A stretch of 64,000 nucleotides of DNA from Mustelus asterias. Taxonomy: Eukaryota. The position numbers and the translations under genes are program-made. Shown here piece after piece: positions 48,840 through 60,785 of the stretch (its first letter is position 1; the number at the start of each line of letters is the position of its first letter). The stretch is taken from contig NW_027590119.1 in assembly GCF_964213995.1 (NCBI RefSeq), positions 1,116,001 through 1,180,000 of the forward strand. Reading direction: 5' to 3'. A model generated the notes under the pieces. The model made no database searches and was not told the origin of the DNA. It saw only the letters and a list, made by a program, of their open reading frames with translations.

Positions 48840-49993
48840 GTCTCAGCAGGATAAGTCAGAGCTCCTCGCTGCTGTATAGAACTTCTGGCAGATGCAGCCA
48901 CAATGAGCAGCGGCGCTGTCAGCCGCTCAAACACAAACCGACAGGAAACCACATTCATCTCGGATCAACTGTCACCGAACTGTTTCCAGGAGAGGCCGAG
49001 AAAACAAACTGCAGAACCGTTTTAGGCCGACAAGTCCATCACATAATGAATGTGTCAATTAAATCGTCCCTTCTGCTGCTAATCAACTCTGTTTTCCTCT
49101 AAAATCAGCCCTGGGTGATAAAATCCCAAACATCCGTCAAACCTGGCCGTGAAGCGCCACACACACAGCAGACGGACAGTTCTCCATGTTTGTGTGACGT
49201 CCTCTGATCCCGAAGTCCCTATTTGTCCTTTCCTTATTTTTCCATGCCTGCTTACCATATTGAACACCACTCGCTCCATCTCCCTTTTCAGTTTCTGGGC
49301 CTTTGAGGGTGAGCTGTTCATAGCGTTTATTTGATCAATATTGCTACATTCCAGACAGCTTGCACACCCTGAACACATTTCATAATGTTGTGACTTTGAT
49401 TTCTCAAACAAATCCGAGCAGCCAATTTCCACATCTCCCTGACTGTCTTCACCTGATACCAGGGTAGCATTAAACTTCTTATCATATCTGGCTTGTTCAA
49501 CTGTTTGTCGCTGCTCCTTGATTCTGTAAATCAGATGAATATTTGAATACTGTTTGGGAAACATTGTGAAATTCAATTGAATGATCAAAGTCAATGAGTT
49601 CTGAAATCTGTTCATTTTTCATAAATTGTTTCTTACGCAACAGCACACTCTGATCAAAAAAACCAGAGAACTGGTCTCGGGCCAAAGGCTCCAGAAATCT
49701 AAAAAGGGAGATGAGGAAGACTTGTTTAATGTTACAGAGAGGCACGGAAACAGCTTCAAAACACTAAGTGAACGAAATAGATCAAATAGATTTATAAAGG
49801 CGAGTTTAATTATGAACGCGAGTTAAAACCAACTAATACAATTCCGAACGTGTCCTTCACCTCTTCTTATGGGGGATTATATTTTGTTCTTTTCGGAAGA
49901 TTCCTGTGACTCTCACTGAGTTTAATTCTTGTCCCTATTTATTGGTGTGACAGCGCCATCCTCTGGCCACCAACTGGAACTCCAATTCTGGGG

Positions 49994-50447
49994 AGTTTCG
50001 TCTACTGGATCCGCTCCATGTATCTATGTGTGCTCCATCGCACGGAAATACACGGCACTATTCGACAGAAGATATAAAGGAACTGTTTTGTTTCCCTTCA
50101 GCAAATCTGCAGAGAACCTCGGTTTGGGGACCTTTGTTCACCCCCTAAGCTATATTTCTTCAGCAAATATCTCGGGGCTTCCCCGGAAAACTGCATGTAC
50201 CAGAGGAGAGCTGGGGTAGTGTAGATTATCAAGTAACGGCAGTCCAGTCCACACTGTCCTTCCCGAATTGTCAATTCGAAATGAGCCTGGAACACTGAAG
50301 TTTTGCCACTCATTCATGTCACACAAATACAGATTGGTTCAAAAGTCAGGGTTTAAAAATAACCACTGGATGACATGGTTACCATTTAATAATGGACCCG
50401 CCGGGCAGCAAGATCATTATAATCAGTAAGGAGCATGGAGAACACAT
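49994..50447 (-). pseudogene. Inverted TCR V pseudogene (leader 50447-50402, V exon ~50315-50033, degenerate 23-RSS 50032-49994)
   Basis: 46-nt leader MCSPCSLLIIMILLP|G; SVFQ..EGQ..LDCRY..PALLWYMQFSGEAPRYLL, frameshift, RFSADL..KTVPL..SNSAVYFRAM (2nd Cys to Arg); CACACAT+23+GACGAAACT; splice sites non-canonical. Confidence 0.8.
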
Positions 50448-50844
50448 GGTTTCCGGGTATACATCTCGATACGAAGTAACAAAATGCTCTAATTCTGCCG
50501 GTGATTCCAATCCAGTGTAAAGGGTAGCCCCTGTTATAATCTGGTTTTATTTTTTGAGGAACTGAGGGGCATTTCCCAGAGACAGGATTGGCTACTCTGC
50601 CGGAACTGATGGATATTCCCCGCCAATAAATGAGAGCTGTAAAGAATCGCATTTTCTGGTTCCTTCTGTGTCTTATACGACTTTCCTCATAACTCTGTCT
50701 CATTGCTTCCGTCTCTCTGTTATACCAACCTCTCATTTTTTGTAAACCTCCTTATCGCTATCAAATGACTGGAAATTAATTCAAATAATTCAAGCGGTGA
50801 CAACAGAGTTTGACAAACTCGACAAACAAAGCTACCCGAAACCA

Positions 50845-50858
50845 CCAGCAGGTGGCGT
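50845..50858 (+). promoter_or_regulatory. CTCF-like motif
   Basis: CCAGCAGGTGGCGT. Confidence 0.55.
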
Positions 50859-51369
50859 GACTTACCGTCGTTGCGGAGTTTTCACATTCATACCTGAAAA
50901 TCAATGTGTCCTTTCTATTTGTCTCATTTAATGAATCCGTCATTACCAGAGACCATGTGAATGGCGGTGTAAATAAGAAGCAGATAGCTGAAGTTAGCGA
51001 CATACATTTAAGATCACGTGTGTTCTCTGCTCTTGGATTGTTTGGAAATGGATAATGTTCACCAGATTTAAGCAGTGATCCTTCCTTGTTGATCAGCCCC
51101 ACTACTCGCCATCAGCAATTGCTGAAGCGATTCATTCCGCTGCTGTCTGCACCCGGGCAAAGACGGTGAAAGTAAAAGTAGCGGAGCAGATCATGGCTGC
51201 ATTTCGCGTTTTATCAACAGTCATCCAATGGAGCAGCACCACCTTATCCTCACTGCTCACATCCGCACAGCGAAGTGTGTAAACCACCAAGGGAATCCTG
51301 TAAATCCATAACATCTGCAGATCGTGCGATGGGCCATTCACCCCATCGTGCGTTCTTGGCTGTCATTAA

Positions 51370-51690
51370 GTGGTACAGTGGTGTCACAGTGGTTAGCACT
51401 GCTGCCTCATAATTCCAGGAATCCGGGTTCAGTTCCAGGCTACGTGGAGTTTGCAGATGCTCCCAGTGTCTGTGTGGGGTGCCCCTTTCCTCCGACAGTT
51501 CAATGATGTGCAGGTTAGATGCGTTTAGCATGCCAACTTGTCAAATATTTGTGGGTTAGAATAAATCGCCACGAGAAATCTGTGGGGTTACGGTGATGGA
51601 GCAGGAGAGGACCAGGAAAATATACTCTGTCGGAGAGTCACTGCAGACTCGAAGAGCCTGATGGCCTCCTTTTACACTGTATGGATTCGA
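51370..51690 (+). mobile_element. Degenerate tRNA-derived SINE
   Basis: CAGTGGTTAGCACTGCTGCCTCA head. Confidence 0.75.
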
Positions 51691-53181
51691 AGACAATTAT
51701 TGATCTTTTTATCAACTGCATTCCCTAAACTCCATATTCCTTATGCAAACGTAATTGGAGCAGCGCTGGTAAGCTTACTTCCAGCAATGTAGCTCAAACA
51801 GACATGAGAGTTTATTTATTGAATTTTCAGTCATCTACCTGAATCACTCAAACATTCTGGTTCACTGTGTACCATTCAGGATACCTGTCACTGAATCAAG
51901 TGGTTAGCTGATTTCCGTCAAACACTTACTCATCTCGAACCTCTTAATGAGGAAGTATGATCTGTATTGCTGAACGTTCCCCTCCAGTTATTTCTCGGAT
52001 CTGATCTGCTTTCTTCCCGACTACAAGATACAATAGCAAATCTTCCCTTGTTGGTGTTTCTTCCAACATTTCGGATTATATAAGCATCTGAAACCAATCG
52101 TAGAAGCTATTCGGTTACCTCCTTTACCGACTTCTTGCATAGAATTAATACGAGACAATATAAATCTCCATTACTATTGTTGCATAATTTGTCTGCATAT
52201 TTCTTCCACTATCTTCCTTCCCGGTGCAGAGACATGGTGAGGGACACAATAAGTTCAGAGATAGGGTTGTCGAGGTGAAGAGCTATAGAGTGACACGAAG
52301 ATGTACAGATTCCGAAAGATACTGAGTAAGAAACTCCTGATATTGAGTTTGATGTAACGGTTAAAATGCACTCAGTGTAAACGTTTCCATCGCATCTTCT
52401 GATTCTGATTCGCACGCTGTCTCTCAAAGGCAATAAAGGAAGACTTCCATTTATATACCGCCGTTCATGACATCAGGACTTCACAAAGAACTTTACACCC
52501 AAAGAAGTCTTCGAATTTTCATCACTGTCTTAATATAGGAGTCTTGGCAGTTAATAGGTGCGCTTCAAACTCCACAAAGAACAAAGTGATAATCAGGTCA
52601 TCGATTTTAGTGATTTTGATTGGAGGGCTGATGGAAAGTGACATCTGTCAGAAAACCTGTCATTCTGTCATCTAAGTTGCCATTTCCGCTCATCGGTCGC
52701 ACAGATATACATTCAAGTTCACATTTCAGGTTTTGGCTCATTTAGTTCCACTGTTGAGGCGGAGGGTGGGTGATGCACTTTTATAGGAAAGTCCAGTAGA
52801 TCCGCAATGAGTCTCGATTCCCTCATCTGCCTGAGTGTTTTTCCCCCCTATTTCTTTGTTGTGAAGAACGATTTAAAAAAAAGAATCTTCTGGCAAATAT
52901 GCGCCATTTCCCATAGATCACTTACAATATCACTTGTGTCAGTCTTCTATTAGAAAAGTTTCAGATGGTGATTCACGATGTTAGTCTGCACCTATAATCC
53001 CATTAAATTCTGTTGTACAATGAGTCTGTCAAAAAACTATCAGCATTAATTATTTTACGGTTAATATTTGCCGAGGTCAGAGCAAAGATAATATGGTTCC
53101 AACATCGAGATTCGGATAATTTTGAGCAACGAACTGCAATCATACGGATTTTGCCCACTCGACATGAAAAAGTTTAAGGAA

Positions 53182-53243
53182 TGTTTCGAACCGCGGCCCT
53201 TTCGCATGTGAGGCGAACGTGATAACCACTACAATACAGAAAC
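53182..53243 (-). pseudogene. tRNA-Val(CAC) pseudogene, 3' deletion
   Basis: GTTTCTGTATTGTAGTGGTTATCACGTTCGCCTCACATGCGAAAGGGCCGCGGTTCGAAACA; lacks the 3' T-stem/acceptor segment. Confidence 0.88.
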
Positions 53244-54388
53244 AGCTGGCAACAGCTTAAAACAAATGGGCCTGTCTGCAATGTTCAACTGCGCTGTGTT
53301 GCTGCAGATTCCAATTGTTCGACTGAGAGCCAATGTCACTTAAATCGGAAGACAACCGTTACTTTCAACCTGATTGCTCAACTTAACTTTAACGTCAAAG
53401 TTTAAAAGCGTTCGTCCATCATTTTTCTAAGGGAGCAAAGATTTCGGCTCATTCATTAATTTTCATCTTTCTTCGAATAATCTCAACCAATTGTACTCAG
53501 TAATAAAAGCAAATTACTGAGGATGCTGGAATCTGAAACCAAAAGAGGAAATGCTGGAAAACCTCACAAGCATCTGTAAGAAGAGAAAGGAGCTGACGTT
53601 TCGTGTCCAGATGACACTTCATCAACGCTCATTGTACAATTGTACTCAGTATTTGTTTCAATATTTAGTATCAACGCATTATTTAACGCACGTCTTCATG
53701 ATGAATTGAATATCTCTGAAATTGAATATCACTCAATTGCAAACATAACTGACCACCAAATGAATCGAGTCACCGGGTAATACAGATCGCAATTTTGAGA
53801 ATGACCATAGTCAGCTTTTAAACAAAGTCAATTACATTTAAATGGAAGGGATTGAAGAATTATCTCTTAGTTACACTTGAGCCTTTTTTTGTCATGGGCG
53901 CGAAACATTCAGACGCATGAATTCCGGCCATCTATGGGAAAGTCCAGTAGATCCGCACTGAGTCTCGATTTCCTCATCTGTCTCAGTGGCTTTTCCAATT
54001 TTTTGCTATGAAGAACGATATAAAAACTCTTCTGGGAAATGTGCGCCATTTCCTCTGGTTTACTTACAGTATCACTTGTGTCTGTCTTTTTGAGCACACA
54101 CTACTATTTGTCATGTTCCAGATGGTGATTATGTCATTCTGCACTGATAGACCCATTAAATTCGGTTGTAGACTGAACGACATGCGAATATGTACACGTT
54201 GTCAAAGTCGAAAGGTTTCTTTCCTGTCAGTGCGTCAAGAGATATCAGCATTTCTTATTTTACAGAAAGCATTTGAGGCTCAGGTTAGAGCAAAAATAAT
54301 TTGGCTGTCACATCAAAGTTCGGATAATGTTGAGCAACGAACTGAAATCATGCAGATTTCTTCACCCGACATGAGAAAACTTAATGAA

Positions 54389-54445
54389 CGTTTCCCCCCG
54401 GGGACCTTTTGCGTGTGAGGCGAACGTGATAACCACTATAGAAAC
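54389..54445 (-). pseudogene. tRNA-Val(CAC) pseudogene, T-loop deleted
   Basis: ..AGTGGTTATCACGTTCGCCTCACACGCAAAAGGTCCCCGGGGGGAAAC; B box missing. Confidence 0.85.
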
Positions 54446-55912
54446 AGCTGGCAGCAAACTCCAGCAAATCTATCTATCTGCAATGTTAACTGCGCTGTGT
54501 TTCTGCAGGTTCCAATGGTTTGACTGAGAGCCCATGTCACTTGTTTCAGGAAGAAAACCGTTACTTTCAATCTGATTGCTCGCATTATCTTGAACTTCAA
54601 AATTTAAAAGCGTTCGTTTGGCAAATATCTACGGGACCAATGATTTCTGCTCATTCATTAATGCATCCATTCTCATCGTCCATTGAAAATTCTCAACCGA
54701 TTGTGCTCATTAATAAAAGCAAATTACTGAGGATGCTGGAATCAGAAAACAAAAGAGAAAATGCTGGAAAATCTCACGTGGTCTGGCAGCATCTGTGAGG
54801 AGAGAAAGGAGCTGACGTTTCAGATCCAGATGGCACTTTATCAAAGCCCATTGTACTCAGTATTTGTTTCAATATTTAGTATCAATGCATTATTTAACAC
54901 ATATGTCTTCATTATGAATTGAATATCTCTGAAATTGAACATCATTGAATTGCAAACATAACTGACCAACAGAAGGAATCGAGTCACCGGATAATAGAGA
55001 TCGCAATTTTGCGATTGACTATAGTCAGCGTTTAAACAAAGTCAACAACATTTAAATGGAAGAGGTTGAAAACATATCTGTTAGTTACACTTGGCCTTTT
55101 TTATTTTGGGCCTGAAACATTCAGGTGTATAAATTCCGGCCATCTACAGGAAAGTCCAGTATTTCCGCGCTGAGTCTCGATTTCCTCATCTGGCTGAGTG
55201 TTTTTTTCCTATTTCTTTTTTATGACGAACGATTTTAAAAAAAATATTCTGGGAAATATGCGCCATTTCCTCTCGTCCACTTGCAGTATCACTTGTGTCT
55301 GTCTTTTTGAGCACACACTACTATGAGACATGCTTCAGGTGGTGATTAACTATGTTAGTCTGCACCTATAAACCCATTCAATTCTGCTGCAGACTGAACG
55401 AGATGCGAATATGCGCACGGTGTCAAAATCGAAACGTTTCTTTCCTTTCAGTGCGTCAAAAAAAATCAGCATTTCTTATTTTACAGAAAACATCGCTATC
55501 ACCGGCTCCTGTGAGATCGAGTCTGCAGCAATGACACCTGCAGAAATTTAGAAACATCAAGCGTTAAGATGTCATTATCATTTGATTGTAAATAATAGCA
55601 TTAGGGAACGGATCACATTGTAATTTGCAACAAAGCGAAATTAAATTAATGTCGAAGTTGCTTGCAAGAGGAAGATTGTGTAAATTTTTGACTGACCAAG
55701 TAAGAGAGCTGAAACAGTGAGAACTTAATACAAAACGAGACCCTACATGTTAGCAGCAAGTTTATTGCGGAATTAAACAGAATGGGTGAATCTGTAATTG
55801 TTTCTGTGAAGATATTCATATATATCCGGTCTCTCCAGCGATTGGTTCATTCCTGAAAGAATCAACTGGTGACGTCTCATCCGCTCCACGGCCTCCTGTT
55901 CTCCAATTCATC

Positions 55913-56023
55913 CGTCACCTGATGAAGGCGCAGCGCTCCGAAAGCTCGTGCTACCAATTTTAACCTGGTGTTGTGAGACGACTCATTGTGCCTACCCCAG
56001 TCCAACGCAGGCAACTCCACATC
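55913..56023 (+). mobile_element. Penelope-like terminal fragment with hammerhead-like core
   Basis: CTGATGA (55919) - stem - GAAA (55940), then CCTGGTGTTGTGAGAC..CTCCACATC. Confidence 0.6.
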
Positions 56024-57355
56024 ATGGCCAATTCATCCAATCAGCTCACAGACCCTTTGATCTCCAATTCATTACGTCAGAGCAGCTTCAGCGAATCAGT
56101 CAAGTTGTTTTTTAGAGAGACGAGAATTCACTGCAATATTGGCCCCTTACACAGCGTGGGAGGTGATGGCCGTGAGGGGAAACAGTTAATGTTGTTGTAA
56201 CAATGTCGGAAGTTCCAATTCGATAGTTTCAATATTTTGCATATCTCTTTTCATATTATATCAAATTGAAAACATACACAACTAAGAACCAATGTCCCAA
56301 AATACCTTTTTTTGATTTTGGGATGCCTCGCATTTAACATCAGCGGGGTTCTTATCAAACATCACAGCAGCGGGTGGGGGCGGTGGAGGGGGAAGGGGTA
56401 TGGTTCCATAGATTGATCTTCCAGATTCAATATCATCGAGGAGATTCTGAACAGGCGTTGGAGTGTGGTGACTCGGGGATTTTCACAGTAACTTAATTTC
56501 AGTGTGAATGTAAGCCTACTTGTGACTAATAAATAAACTTTATACTTGCCTCAGAATGTTCCTGGAAACATCTCTTTTCTCAGGAAATCCATCTCCGGCC
56601 TCAGAATTTATATTTATCTAAATTAACTGCATCTAACACTCGTAGGCAATGAGTTTCTGGTTCTTAGTGCTCGCTGCGGAAAAATGTTCCTTCCAAATCT
56701 TCTCTGCCTTGCCAAAAATCTTTAAATTTGCCTCTTCCCCCTCAAAACTTATCCTAATTTAGTCCACCTCGATTAAATCACTCCTCAATCTTCTTCGCTC
56801 AAATGGAGAATAATCGCAGGGTCATAAACCTCGCTAATTTTAACTTTTCTAAACGAAACTTACTTCAAAGAAATTCCTCAATGGAATTTAACTAGAATTT
56901 CTCAACTTTTGAAAAAACATTTCGATGGAACTTGAGTATTTTGTGAACTTCTTTCTATGAAAGATATTTAAATTAAATTCCTTCGCAGAGTTTTACAAAT
57001 TTTCATCAACTTATTAGAAACTATTTTCACCATTTTCAAAAATGTAAGATTTCCACGTTATTTATCTAGAAATTCCCAACTTTTTAAAAGATAGCTTAAA
57101 ATACTTGTTCCAAATAATTTCACGAAAATTCGTAATTTAAAGAAAATAATTTAAACATACTCAATGAAAGTTTATCAGTGGAATCTTACTTAAAATGGCC
57201 AACTTTCTTTTGAAAATTAATGACCTAAGATAAATTTCTTCATCGAAGGTGACTGGATTGAGTAAACATTTGTCTGAATTGGTTTAAAGTTACTGAAAAT
57301 ACATTTTTTCATCGAAACTGAAATGGAGTTTACGAACTATTTTAAAAATTTACAC

Positions 57356-57428
57356 CGAGCCAGCCAGGAGTCGAACCTGGAATCTTCTAATCCGTAGTCA
57401 GACGCGTTATCCATTGCGCCACTGGCCC
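57356..57428 (-). tRNA. tRNA-Arg(ACG), probably functional
   Basis: GGGCCAGTGGCGCAATGGATAACGCGTCTGACTACGGATTAGAAGATTCCAGGTTCGACTCCTGGCTGGCTCG; cloverleaf intact with a G30:U40 wobble; TTTTT 7 nt downstream. Confidence 0.93.
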
Positions 57429-57819
57429 ACATATGGGGAATTTGCAACATTTGCTACATATTGGCCAGACGGTTCAAAGCCGGGCAGAAACCAATACGTT
57501 TAAGTGAGGAGAGGTTGCTTAATTCATATTTTATTTACTGCCATCCCTAATGGCCCTTGAATTCAGTCAATCTGCTGTGTTGGAATTCAGCCTGCTTCTC
57601 TGCGTTTAATTTCCAGCGACAGTAACACGACTCAACCCCTAACTACTCCCTCTGTGAATCCACTGCCGAACATTACCCGAGTAGAATATCTTACAATCAA
57701 AGACATTGGCTCTTACTTATGCCTAAAAATACATTCAGGGAAAAAGAGAAGTGCTGAAAATTCACAACAAAATGAACAGGAAAGAAGATGCGCTTATTGT
57801 GACTCAGGAGACATTTTAT

Positions 57820-58290
57820 CAGTTCGAGGTGGCTACAAGAGCAGGTCAGAGGCTGAGAAACCTGCGGCGAATAACTCACCTCCTGACTCCCAAAAAACAG
57901 ACCACGATCTACAAGGCACAAATCAGGAGTGTGACAGAATACTTTCCACTTGTCTGGAGGATGCAGGAATTCACCAAACGCACATTAGACAGCACCTTCA
58001 AAACCCAAGACCACTACCACTGGCAGGTTTGCCCCCATTCCCCCGATCCACTGCATACCCCCTTCCCCCCCCCCCCCCCCCCAACTCAAGTCACTCAGCA
58101 TTCTGATTTGGAAATATATCACCGTTCCTTCACTGTCATTGGGATAAATTCCTGGAATTCTCTCCCTAACAGCACTGTGGGTGTACCTACACAAATACAC
58201 TGCAACGTTTCAAGAAGACAGGTCACCACCACATTCTCAAGGGTAATTACTGATGGGCAGTCCATGCTGATCTAACCAAGCGACACCCAC
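57820..58290 (+). mobile_element. CR1/L2-group LINE 3' fragment
   Basis: RAGQRL..LRRITHLLTP..TIYKAQIRSV.EY and NSWNSLPNSTV. Confidence 0.7.
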
Positions 58291-58689
58291 ATGAACAAAA
58301 AGAAACATCCAGCCAGTTCCCCGAACCCGCAGTCATGGGGTCAGCTGAAGAGGTGAATGGGGATAAAATGAATGCCCAGTTGCATAGCCAACCCTGTTGA
58401 ACGTATCTTGATTGTCTATCGAGTGTGTTGTGCTGATAGATTCCCCGCAGTTTGTGCTCAGGTTCTCAAACTAAACCCCATGAGAACCAATCCCTTCATC
58501 TGCACCGCAAAGAAATAAACAAAATCTGCAATTTATAGAATCTCATAGAATTTTGTGGGAGAGGACGCCACAATGGTTAGATCTGCTGCCTCAGCATGCC
58601 AAGTACGTTGTTTCGATTCCTGGCTTAGTCACTATCTGTGATGATGAAGATTTGCAGCTTTTACAAGCTGCAGCAATAGCACGAATGCA

Positions 58690-58762
58690 ACCCCATTGCC
58701 GTAATGGGTAAGATACTGGCTTTATAAACCACGGGTTGTGTACTCGAGTCCCATCTGGAGTG
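58690..58762 (+). pseudogene. tRNA-Arg(CCT)-derived pseudogene
   Basis: Collinear over 73 nt with the vertebrate Arg-CCT body as I recall it (GCCCCAGTGGCCTAATGGATAAGG..GAGTCCCATCTGGGGTG); loop now TTTATAA; B box damaged. Confidence 0.75.
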
Positions 58763-59320
58763 CAGATATCAAACGGTTAGGTGTCCAACGCTGGCAAATG
58801 CATTTCTTATAGACCCTGGCTGTTTCTGGGAAGATGCATTTTGGGTTAGCACTGCTGCCTCACAGCGCCAGGGTCCCAGGTTCAATTCTTGACCTCGGGT
58901 CACAGTATGTGTGGAGTTTGCACTTTCTCCCTGTCGTTTCCTCCGGGTGCTCCGGTTTCCTCCAATAGTGATCTATCTAGATAGATAGTTATATAGTATG
59001 CTGCCTTCTGTTAGGCTTTATATATGTGCTTGTATATAATGCAGTATACTGCAGATTCTGTAAATCTGAAATAAAAACAGAAAATGCTGGGTTATTTCAG
59101 TAGTTCTGGCAGTATCTGCGGAGCGAGAAACAGAGTTAACGTTTCCAGTCCAGATGTCAGATGGCCAACCCGGACACGATGGGCCGAAGGGCCCCTTTCC
59201 GTTCTGTAAAACTTTGTGCCTCTATGATCCTTTTTCGGAGTTGGCCAGCGGAAAGCAATCCCGCCGTTTGCACCCGAAACAAATCACAATACCTGGCTTG
59301 GTCAAAAGGAGGCAATTAAA

Positions 59321-59411
59321 GGGCTCGTCTAGGATTTGAACCCGGAACCTCCCGCATGTCTCATCGACTAAAATACCCGAAGCAATAATCATGCTCTTCG
59401 ACCAACCAACC
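59321..59411 (-). pseudogene. tRNA-Pro(CGG) pseudogene with a 19-nt intron (59357-59375)
   Basis: GGTTGGTTGGTCGAAGAGCATGATTATTGCTTCGGG[TATTTTAGTCGATGAGACA]TGCGGGAGGTTCCGGGTTCAAATCCTAGACGAGCCC. Confidence 0.8.
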
Positions 59412-59848
59412 TACCCAAAAGCAAGCGTAAGCAAAATATAGCTCATTTCTCTTTCGCCAATGCAGTTTAGCCATCTCTGGTGAAAGCCGACATTGTTGAA
59501 ATAATCCACCACATCAGCATTTGTGGACTTAAAGCTCCAGCAAAATATCCGCCCAATATTGCTAACTCGACTGGGCGCTTTTGTCTATGAAGTACACATA
59601 TTACCCGTCAGGGTACACAAAGAATGCCGAGTGCCAAGCTGAACGAACGAGACTATTTGCAGTATACCAACAGTAATAGCAACTTTGAAAACTCATAATA
59701 TATCTCGTGAAACAATATAAGTTTGCTATCAATGCTAAAATATTTCTGTTCCGACATTTGCTCTTTTAATTACATTTTCTCAATAATGTTACTGGCCACG
59801 ACTGGAGACTGCAAATAGCCCTGAGCCTGAACGCAACATGGTATCGTC

Positions 59849-59862
59849 CTGCCCTCTGGTGG
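59849..59862 (-). promoter_or_regulatory. CTCF-like motif
   Basis: CCACCAGAGGGCAG on the - strand. Confidence 0.6.
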
Positions 59863-60056
59863 CAGAGATATGGAACTACAAAATGCAGCTTTTTCTCACC
59901 TATGAATCTTCAAGACTCATGTTTGTGTTCGACAATTTCCGACGATAAATTCTTCCGCGTTTTTATTTATTCCCTTTTTCAAATCTGAGACTGCACCTCG
60001 GGTGTAGAATCATTTTTCATGAATCTACCTCTTCTGGAAAAGGCAAACTTTTCCAG

Positions 60057-60150
60057 ATGTGGCTCATGGAGACTCTGTCACTCAGCCGCGGTCCGCAGCA
60101 GTTAAAACAGAAGAACAGGTGACTTTAAAATTGAGTTATAATACCACATT
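60057..60150 (+). pseudogene. Truncated TCR V relic (FR1 only)
   Basis: TTTTCCAG|ATGTGGCTCATGGAGACTCTGTCACTCAGCCG = VAHGDSVTQP..EEQVTL; similar to 48494; first Cys lost; no W motif or RSS. Confidence 0.75.
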
Positions 60151-60502
60151 TTACCCTCTGAAAAGGGCAACATTCTGAACAGGTCAATAAAGTTACTTTT
60201 CGTACCTTCCTTGTTATAAGCCAAAGAAACCAAATTAGTCTATTAATCCCTGACACTATTCTGATTTGTAACCAATTTGTCCAAACTATGGGCGTTCTCC
60301 CGATTTTGTCGTCCCAGGATTTGAACAGCGAACTCCAGCCATGATTTTCACAGATTTAGCATCATTTTCCCAAATAAATATCAACAGTCACAAAGACCGT
60401 GTCTAAAGAGCCGCAATTTATATTTTTCGGCAGCATGTGTGTCTTGTTCTGTATTGTAGTGAGGAATCCAGTCAACAGCCTAATTCCAGCGCGCAGAACC
60501 CG

Positions 60503-60516
60503 CCACCAGAGGGCGC
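60503..60516 (+). promoter_or_regulatory. CTCF-like motif upstream of a V leader
   Basis: CCACCAGAGGGCGC, 270 bp before ATG 60786. Confidence 0.65.
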
Positions 60517-60785
60517 CACATTCTCGCCTGGGCGCCAGAAACTCACGTGATATTATCACTGACACCTGCATGGATGGTAGGCTTGTGAGGTCACAATCGA
60601 CACAGCCCCCCACCCCTCCCCCCAACACCCACAAACACAGACACATAAACTCACACTGACCCACGCACACTGACACTCTCACAAACACACTCACTGCAAT
60701 GAGCTGAACGGAGCCCGGGTTCCCTCTCTCCTTCTCAACCTCTGACTCACTCCGTTCCCATTCAGTGAGATAGATTCACTCAGAC

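Larger units (their letters stand above)
52786..55490. repeat. Tandem ~1.15-1.2 kb repeat (2 full units plus 1 partial) carrying tRNA-Val relics
   Basis: GGAAAGTCCAGTA..TGAGTCTCGATT recurs at ~52786, ~53937 and ~55149 with collinear downstream sequence. Confidence 0.9.

Noticed and set aside
49079-49615. 178-aa minus-strand ORF, and smaller ORFs at 50776-51341 and 52209-52433
   Set aside because: No recognisable domain or splice structure; 51900-52200 instead resembles an ancient CR1 endonuclease relic. BLASTx would settle it
56830-57345. AT-rich degenerate repeat downstream of tRNA-Arg
   Set aside because: Some recurring words (CTAGAA.TT..CAACTTTT, TTCATCGAA) but the period could not be established by eye
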